Positions 57,902 through 64,000 of a stretch of 64,000 bases of DNA are shown here, piece by piece. This DNA comes from an uncultured virus (IMG/VR IMGVR_UViG_3300030688_000011) (lineage: Duplodnaviria > Heunggongvirae > Uroviricota > Caudoviricetes). The translations under genes were made by a program, and so were the position numbers. The notes beneath the pieces are model-generated. The model was not told the origin of the DNA. It saw nothing but the letters and a program-made list of their open reading frames with translations, and made no database searches. The DNA lies in IMG/VR virus record IMGVR_UViG_3300030688_000011. The stretch is one strand, 5' to 3'. Numbering within the stretch: the stretch's first letter is position 1; every line of letters starts with the position of its first letter.

Positions 57902-58057
57902 GGTGTCAGAGTCTTCCTTCTAGTGCGGGTTAGGTATGCCTGACGCATTTGTTCTTTGCCGGTTTTCTTCCCTAGCGGCTTCCTCGGCGTCAATCCGAGG
58001 CTTCCGTTCCTTGCAACGTTCATCGAACGCTGCCAGCTTTTCATCGAGAGATTCCAT

Positions 58058-58525
58058 CTACTTCTCCTCTACCAAGCTTCTCCAAGGGATACCTGCTTCT
58101 TCGAACATCGTCTTGGAGATTGAGATTGAGTTCAACCACCGTTGTACACGAGGGTCGTTCAAGTCCGGCTCAAAGCCTACAATCTCTTTGATACCGCTCT
58201 GAATGGCAAGTTTAGCACACTCATTGCAGATAGGGGGGAAGGAAAAACTGGGGTACACGTACAAGGTTGCCCCACGTGCCAGCAGTCCGGCCTTCTGTAT
58301 CGCGTTTACTTCGGCGTGTACCACGAGCTTGTACTTCAGTTCGCGGTCTTCGTAGCGTTCAGGAGAGTCCACAACCCCGCGAGGGAATCCGTTATAGCCA
58401 AGGAACTCCTGATGCTGTTCCCAATTAACCAGCACGGCTCCGACCTTTGTTGAAGGGTCGTGAGACCAGTTTGTAGCCACATACTTGGCTAATCCCAAGT
58501 ATTTCCTGTCCCATCGTTCCGTCAT
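58058..58525 (-). CDS. dCMP deaminase
   Basis: WSHDPSTKVGAV, GYNGFPRG, HAEVNAI, PPICNECAK. Confidence 0.92.
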   Translation of the reverse strand: MTERWDRKYLGLAKYVATNWSHDPSTKVGAVLVNWEQHQEFLGYNGFPRGVVDSPERYEDRELKYKLVVHAEVNAIQKAGLLARGATLYVYPSFSFPPICNECAKLAIQSGIKEIVGFEPDLNDPRVQRWLNSISISKTMFEEAGIPWRSLVEEK

Positions 58526-58922
58526 AATCTTCCTTTCAACTGCTTAACCTTGTCAACAATAGCTTGACGTTGCTTCAAAGTATCGGTACCTAACCTTTTT
58601 CCTCCCGTAGTTATAGTGGATTGAAAATCTAGCAAGGACTGCGCTTGTTGTTGCTTTTCAATCAAATCGGGAGCAGCCTAGTACATGCATTCTCGGCATC
58701 TCGACTAACAACTACCCATCGGTAAGTGGGTCGCCAACACTTTTTTCGTTTTCTGATATTCTTTGTGTACGAGCCCCCGAATGCTTCTTTCAGGGTACGA
58801 ATAACAGGAGAAAAGGTGGTTTCGCACGCTACCATAATTTTCTTGTTACGTATCGTAGTACCCACAAAAGTGAAACAACCCTCACCATCTAAATAACCAG
58901 CTAGATACTCCATTGAAACCAT
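58522..58922 (-). pseudogene. LAGLIDADG homing endonuclease, frameshifted near 58667
   Basis: YLAGYLDGEGC...FGG...YRW...LLP| continues in the -1 frame LIEKQQQAQ...KVKQLKGRL* overlapping the deaminase ATG. Confidence 0.75.
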
Positions 58923-59852
58923 CTACACTGCCACCGTGAAGTCCGGGTGATTCGGCTGGAAGTCAGTCACGTACTCCTTGGGCAGGAAGTGCCGGTAGGA
59001 CTTCCATCCAATGTACTTGGCGTAACGCTGCCCGTCACCCATCGCCTGACACACATGCTCAAACGGGGAGGCATGAAGGGGCGTGTGGAAGCGGAGACGG
59101 TCGTGCAGCTTGACATCCTCACCAAAGTCACGAGTGCCTTCCTGCGTGAGGTAAGAAGTACGGGCACAGCGGCCTGTAGAAATCTCAACCATCTTCTCGG
59201 CAACGTAGGGGGTCTTCTCCGGGTTGAAGAAGTTTCGGGTCATTTCGGGGTGGAGTGATAGAGCCCACTTCACCAACTCATCCTTCTCCTCCGGCTTGAT
59301 GTAAGGCGTGTGCCATTCACCCGGCTTGAGCACGGTCGGCGTGGATTCGTAGTATGCCTTCTGTGCCATGTATGCAATCTTCTGCATGTGAGGTTCTGCG
59401 TCTGGGTGGCAGCGCAGAGCGAAGAAGTTAGACCAAGCCCCAGCATCCCCTGTAGTGCAATTAGTCGTCCACATCCACGGCTCAAGTAAGCGATTTGGAA
59501 TTTGTTTATGGAGATTCAAGCCCCCTGCATCGGCCATCTGAGATGCTATACGAACCGCCTCATCACGTGCTTCAAGCCACAGGACGACAGCTTGTTCCCG
59601 ATGGCTACCTTCAAGCTCAACGGAGGCTACCATCCCAGCCTGATTTTTACCCCAGTAGATAGGGACAAAGGGAGCATCAATGATGTTCTTTACCATTTTT
59701 GCGAAGGGGATAGCTCGACTACTGGATGTGTTACGCGCAAACATCGCATGGGTATTCCACTCAGCCAAGATGATGCGAGGGAAAGTGACCTGCACTGTGG
59801 TCAGTCGTTGACCATTACAGATTGAATCTTTGAGTATCTTAGCTTCAAACAC
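58923..59852 (-). CDS. thyX: flavin-dependent thymidylate synthase
   Basis: FPRIILAEWNTH....N..SSRAIP, LHKQIPNRLLEPW, NFFALR, CARTSY, HASPFEH. Confidence 0.88.
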   Translation of the reverse strand: MFEAKILKDSICNGQRLTTVQVTFPRIILAEWNTHAMFARNTSSSRAIPFAKMVKNIIDAPFVPIYWGKNQAGMVASVELEGSHREQAVVLWLEARDEAVRIASQMADAGGLNLHKQIPNRLLEPWMWTTNCTTGDAGAWSNFFALRCHPDAEPHMQKIAYMAQKAYYESTPTVLKPGEWHTPYIKPEEKDELVKWALSLHPEMTRNFFNPEKTPYVAEKMVEISTGRCARTSYLTQEGTRDFGEDVKLHDRLRFHTPLHASPFEHVCQAMGDGQRYAKYIGWKSYRHFLPKEYVTDFQPNHPDFTVAV

Positions 59853-60153
59853 TGTTAAAACTCCTGTACGGTAACGTTGTAGTTGACGACAATCAACTTG
59901 ATCGTTGGGTCGTTGAGCTTCTTGCGAAGTTCATCCAGTGTTGCCGGAGGAATGTCTGGTGCTGTGACGAGCAAGGGGCTGTAGCCCACAATGAGGTTCT
60001 GTACGCTGACAGGATAGTTCACAACCGTGGGGATTCTCACGTCGTCAAGGGATGAGGCACAGAGTCCCTCCAGAACGGTAAGCTCGTCTGGAGGGATGTC
60101 CGGGGCGCAGACTAAAGTGACCCGCCTAGCCACGACCAACTCGTACTCCGCCA

Positions 60154-60417
60154 TTAGCGAACCACGATGGTGGAACCGGTGCGACCATTCGCGGTCTGCC
60201 AGTTGATGAAGTTCTTCTTCTGGAGATTGCGGAGGGCACGGGCGACTGCGTGACGGCTCAAACCACCCTGCAAGTCCTCAGCGATTTCGGTGGTGGTGAC
60301 ATCGCTGACGGTGTTTCCGCCGTTGGCCTTGGTCGCGACGGCGACCATGACTGCGAACTCGTTGATGGTGAGGTTACCGTTGGTGAACTGCGAGATAAGG
60401 TTGTTGCTGTTGCTCAT
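60154..60417 (-). CDS. winged-HTH DNA-binding protein
   Basis: TTEIAEDLQGGLSRHAVARALRNLQKKNFI; AGGAG RBS. Confidence 0.7.
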   Translation of the reverse strand: MSNSNNLISQFTNGNLTINEFAVMVAVATKANGGNTVSDVTTTEIAEDLQGGLSRHAVARALRNLQKKNFINWQTANGRTGSTIVVR

Positions 60418-60679
60418 ATATTCTCCTTCAAACGTAGACTACTGTTGTGTACTACCTGAGACTGTAATACTAGGTTTTTGGATTGGGGTGTGATTTTTTA
60501 TGTAATCGTTACCCCACTTTGAAGTAAGCATCCGCTCCATGAAGCGAAGTCCGGTCTCTTCAACCTTACGGTTCATGGCCCACACGAACCTCCGGTACTC
60601 TTGGTTGATGTGGTTCCTTTGAGTTCATGTGACCCTTCCAGTCCCATGACACGAATCCGAACTTTACTGTTTTGTCCAC

Positions 60680-61141
60680 TTAGAACTCCTTGCCGAGACG
60701 GTACACTCCCGGTGCGCTGTGGATAGGGCAGTTGCCGTCACCATCAGTGTCCCTGTCGCAGCAACGCTCAGGCACACACTTAGATACTACGAGGGGAGCG
60801 AGTTTTACCATCTCGTTCCTGACAATTGCTTCCTTGATGTAGTCCCACGTCTCCCTGCTGAACTTACCATCGGGCAGGTCACAGCCACGAGTCCAGTCTT
60901 CACCGGGAAGCTGAGACGTACATGAGGCGATGCACCCTAAGTACGTGGGAGTGGCCCTGATGCTGTAGCGATGGGATTCCGTGCAGAAGATGTAGCTGAC
61001 GAAGTTCGCGTGATTATCAGCGTCGGGGCTGATGTCCAGTCCTTCACGAACCTTGCGAATGTAGAGGTCGAGCTTGGAATAAGGAACGATTTCCTTGAAC
61101 CACTCGACAAGTTCTGAGCGAAAGCTTTGCTGCTGTTCCAT
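60680..61141 (-). CDS. hypothetical protein
   Basis: GGAGG RBS; YLGCIAS...GEDWTRG.DLPDG. Confidence 0.6.
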   Translation of the reverse strand: MEQQQSFRSELVEWFKEIVPYSKLDLYIRKVREGLDISPDADNHANFVSYIFCTESHRYSIRATPTYLGCIASCTSQLPGEDWTRGCDLPDGKFSRETWDYIKEAIVRNEMVKLAPLVVSKCVPERCCDRDTDGDGNCPIHSAPGVYRLGKEF

Positions 61142-61184
61142 AAATCCTCCGGGAACTTTACTTGTCATTTTCAATTGTAGGAAG

Positions 61185-61412
61185 CTAGAGGTACTCTTCA
61201 AACTCCGCTAGTGTTAAATACCGGATTTCGTTGTGACTCAACGCCAGTTTTAATTTGGTCGAGTAGATTTCGAAGTGGAGTCGGGGCTCTGTCTTTATCC
61301 AATCCTGATTCAGGCCGAGCATCTCCCCGAACTCACGAAGCTCCCCCTCTGTGTCCGCAATGATGCGACTATGCATCCGAACGTCGAAGAGTGGTTCGTG
61401 GATGTATACCAT
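61185..61412 (-). CDS. DUF4031-like protein
   Basis: MVYI...ADTEGEL.EF...LGL...W....HFEI. Confidence 0.55.
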   Translation of the reverse strand: MVYIHEPLFDVRMHSRIIADTEGELREFGEMLGLNQDWIKTEPRLHFEIYSTKLKLALSHNEIRYLTLAEFEEYL

Positions 61413-61873
61413 TAGTAGTTCTCGGTGATGGTGAAGGATGAGGCACGTTCGCCCTTGGTGAAGGCCAAGGCCATAGGTATGAGCCAGCGGACATTGGGGA
61501 TAATGTTATCCTTCCAAAGTTCTAGCTCACTTATATACCAAACAACAATCTCCTCATCGGTCACACTCACTACCTTGTCGTAGTCAGCGGAGATGGCGAA
61601 GAATACATTGAGTTGGAAGTCCCCTGCATGGCTATTCAGCGTAGCGTACTGTCGCCACGTAGTAATCTCGACGCCAGTCTCCTCACGGAACTCACGCACC
61701 ATGGCTTGGTCAGGCGTCTCGCCTTCTTCAATCTTGCCGCCGACGCCATTGTGCTTACCAGCTTGCCAGCCGGGACGACGCTTCTCAATGAGGACAACGT
61801 GTTCTAGTCTAGGGTCAAACAGGAATCCAAGTACGTATTTGGTCATACGCACTAATACCAAACCCCCGACCAT
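61412..61873 (-). CDS. NUDIX hydrolase
   Basis: GGKIEEGETPDQAMVREFREETG; exact start uncertain. Confidence 0.9.
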   Translation of the reverse strand: MVGGLVLVRMTKYVLGFLFDPRLEHVVLIEKRRPGWQAGKHNGVGGKIEEGETPDQAMVREFREETGVEITTWRQYATLNSHAGDFQLNVFFAISADYDKVVSVTDEEIVVWYISELELWKDNIIPNVRWLIPMALAFTKGERASSFTITENY

Positions 61874-61889
61874 TTGGTGGTCGGGGGTT
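61861..61889. terminator. intrinsic terminator-like hairpin
   Basis: AACCCCCGACCA-N5-TGGTCGGGGGTT. Confidence 0.7.
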
Positions 61890-62130
61890 CAGGTTTTATT
61901 CACATGGTAATACTTGAGCCGAAGATGACGTGACCCTCGGGATGTGCCGGACAAGAGATATGCGTATGGCTACCGGGCGGTACCCACAACAGCATCGGCT
62001 TGTTCAACACACATTGTGACTCACGCCACGGGTCACGGTAAACTACAGGACATCCGGGATGCGGACACTTCAGGCTGAGTCTGCCAAGTGCCCGACCCAA
62101 TGCGGTCGTAGAAACGATTGATACCGTAGT

Positions 62131-63069
62131 TCACAGGAGCACCAGCGAGGTTCCGCACTGAGAGCAGAACTTGTTGGTGGCCTTGTTGACGCGACCGCAG
62201 GTCGTGCAGGTCGGCTTGATTTCAACCGTGACCGGACGAACCACAGGCTGGTTTCCTACCTTACCCACCAGCTTGAGTACAAGCGTGTGAGAAGCATCCT
62301 CAGTCGGGAACCAATCACCCCAGCCGAACTTCTGGCGGGACTCGCTACCGGCTACCGTGATGCCGTTCTCGTTCTGCGGAGCAGCGGAGGTCTCTACCGA
62401 GTCGAAGCTGCGGAAGGCACCAAGCCGGGTGGGGGCTGGAGCAGGACGGCCCTTCATCGCTGCACTGCGAGTGAGCAAAGCCCTCATTCCCTTGGAGGAG
62501 AAGGACGGACGCGGCGTAGGAGCGGAGGACTGCGTGAACGCCATCTTGGGAGTCGAAGCATCGCTGACGTTGTAGCAGGAAGCCGAGCCTACCGAAGTGG
62601 TGTTGATGTTGAGAGGGCTCTGTCCACCCTTAAAGTTAGGAGTACCCTGACCACCGTAACTGACATCGCCGTTGCTGTTCCAGATGGTATAGCTGGGGAT
62701 GTAGTTCTGAGGCTGAGGAGCTTCGAACTTGTATTCGATGTTGATGAGACCGTCTTCGGCACCGATGCCACGGAAGTTTTCAATCTGGCCGGTGCGTTCA
62801 ATGAACTTGAACTTGTTGCCCTTTTCCATGTCGCCGTTCTTGATGAACCGCTCCAATTCAAGGCTCCCCTTGGCGGGGACAATGAGCCACACGTTTTCGG
62901 TTGCGTCCTGTCCATCGACAGATACACGCACGAGGGCACGAACCGTACTCAGGTTCTTGAGGTAAATGCTGTACTCTGCCCCGAACGGGACGGCCACAGT
63001 TTCTTTGTCTTCGCGAAGGATTTTGCCGCCGATTTTGATCGTGGCTACGAGGTTATTCTGATACACCAT
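62131..63069 (-). CDS. protein with C-terminal zinc ribbon
   Basis: LPFG-like EYSI.LKN...V.VDG; GITVAGS.S.Q.F; CTTCG...KFCSQCGT. Confidence 0.75.
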   Translation of the reverse strand: MVYQNNLVATIKIGGKILREDKETVAVPFGAEYSIYLKNLSTVRALVRVSVDGQDATENVWLIVPAKGSLELERFIKNGDMEKGNKFKFIERTGQIENFRGIGAEDGLINIEYKFEAPQPQNYIPSYTIWNSNGDVSYGGQGTPNFKGGQSPLNINTTSVGSASCYNVSDASTPKMAFTQSSAPTPRPSFSSKGMRALLTRSAAMKGRPAPAPTRLGAFRSFDSVETSAAPQNENGITVAGSESRQKFGWGDWFPTEDASHTLVLKLVGKVGNQPVVRPVTVEIKPTCTTCGRVNKATNKFCSQCGTSLVLL

Positions 63070-63420
63070 AGTTCTCCTTGTTATAGGTCACCGACTAAGA
63101 CCTTGAATTTGCTTAAAGTCGGTTGGATTACTGCTACTGTATAATACCACGAAATTGGAAAACCGGTGAATATTATTTTAGAAGATGCTCTCGACCAGCG
63201 TGCTCAGGGGCATGAGACTGGTGTCAGCACAGCCGGGGCACACAACAGAACTGTTGGTTATGACATCGCAGGATGCACAGATGTAGGCATCACGCAGGGG
63301 GATGTGAACAGTCTGGCCTAGCCCCAAACTTTGCGTGGGCTTCTTACCTGTGGTTACTTCCTCTGCTAACTTATAGATTTCCAATGACTCGCTCACTTGT
63401 TTCCTCCAGTTGGTACACTA

Positions 63421-63843
63421 TCACAGATTGATTTTCTTTGCCTTCATCTTCGCGAGGAAACTTTGCAGTATAGTATTTGCAGCGTTAACCTCGCGGTTAG
63501 CTTCCGAGATTCTCTGATTGGCTTCATTCAACAGTTTCTGCATCTCCGCTATCTTCTGGTTGGCTTCAGCCAGCTTCTGTTCGCACGCCGGGTCGGACAC
63601 AGGTTCAGGTATCTCGTGAGTACCCGGCTCTCCTGTGACCATGGGCAATTCGTTCAAGACGAACTCGTAGTAGTTCCGCTCGTCCTTGGTACGCTCCTCA
63701 CTGTAGAACTTCTTGACGAGGGCCTCGTCCGTGACTACGCCGATGGGAGCCTCATTGTTGTGACCATTACGGTCTTTGTCCCGCATCATGAGGACGTACA
63801 CTACCTGACCAGCCTTCTTGAGATACTTGGCGGAGAACTTCAT
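63421..63843 (-). CDS. coiled-coil hypothetical protein
   Basis: GGAGG RBS. Confidence 0.6.
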   Translation of the reverse strand: MKFSAKYLKKAGQVVYVLMMRDKDRNGHNNEAPIGVVTDEALVKKFYSEERTKDERNYYEFVLNELPMVTGEPGTHEIPEPVSDPACEQKLAEANQKIAEMQKLLNEANQRISEANREVNAANTILQSFLAKMKAKKINL

Positions 63844-64000
63844 GCCCGTTCCTCCAGAATCTTGTGGAGGTCTGTAATCATGGTGTCGAGGTCATGGTAG
63901 ATGGGCACGTTGAAGTGCTCAGCGTATATCTGAAGGTTGGCCTCTCGGTAGAAGCCTGTCTCAACACACAATATGGTGTCCTTGGTGGTACCCCACGCCC
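63840..64000 (-). CDS. nucleoside 2-deoxyribosyltransferase-like protein, partial
   Basis: C-terminus ILCVETGFYREANLQIYAEHFNVPIY. Confidence 0.55.
   Translation of the reverse strand, partial: AWGTTKDTILCVETGFYREANLQIYAEHFNVPIYHDLDTMITDLHKILEERA

Noticed and set aside
1804..63144. Long plus-strand ORFs (e.g. 1804-2835, 3173-4474, 35268-36575, 51277-52344, 52961-54094)
   Set aside because: Antisense shadows of codon-biased minus-strand genes; no motifs or RBS.
1..64000. Stop-codon recoding, suppressor tRNA or CRISPR array
   Set aside because: Known genes are full-length in code 11 using all three stops; no CTA/TCA/TTA anticodons; no regularly spaced repeats.

Overview
A segment of a large (jumbo-like) dsDNA bacteriophage genome in standard genetic code. 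Genes are densely packed, almost all on the minus strand, and the host is probably diderm (OmpA-domain protein, lipoprotein). Recognisable genes: Ku, rIIA/rIIB, methionine aminopeptidase, Tpt1/KptA, ATP-grasp, RlaP-like nucleotidyltransferase, MazG, a NAD-dependent DNA ligase split into two distant ORFs, an HD hydrolase, two ADP-ribosyltransferase-like proteins, an ABC transporter/OmpA membrane cassette, dCMP deaminase, ThyX, a NUDIX hydrolase and many homing endonucleases. There are about 23 tRNA genes in two operons, plus tRNA-like RNAs and several unannotated structured RNAs. The main observation is that each tRNA operon begins with promoter -> short leader peptide -> antiterminator/terminator. 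The leader codons match the anticodons of the tRNAs downstream: K/R/M/W/Q/H/N for operon 1, and all six Ser codons plus TTA and ATA for operon 2. This looks like a ribosome-mediated attenuator that switches on phage tRNA synthesis when the matching host tRNAs are depleted. All family assignments are from motif recognition by eye; no searches were run.
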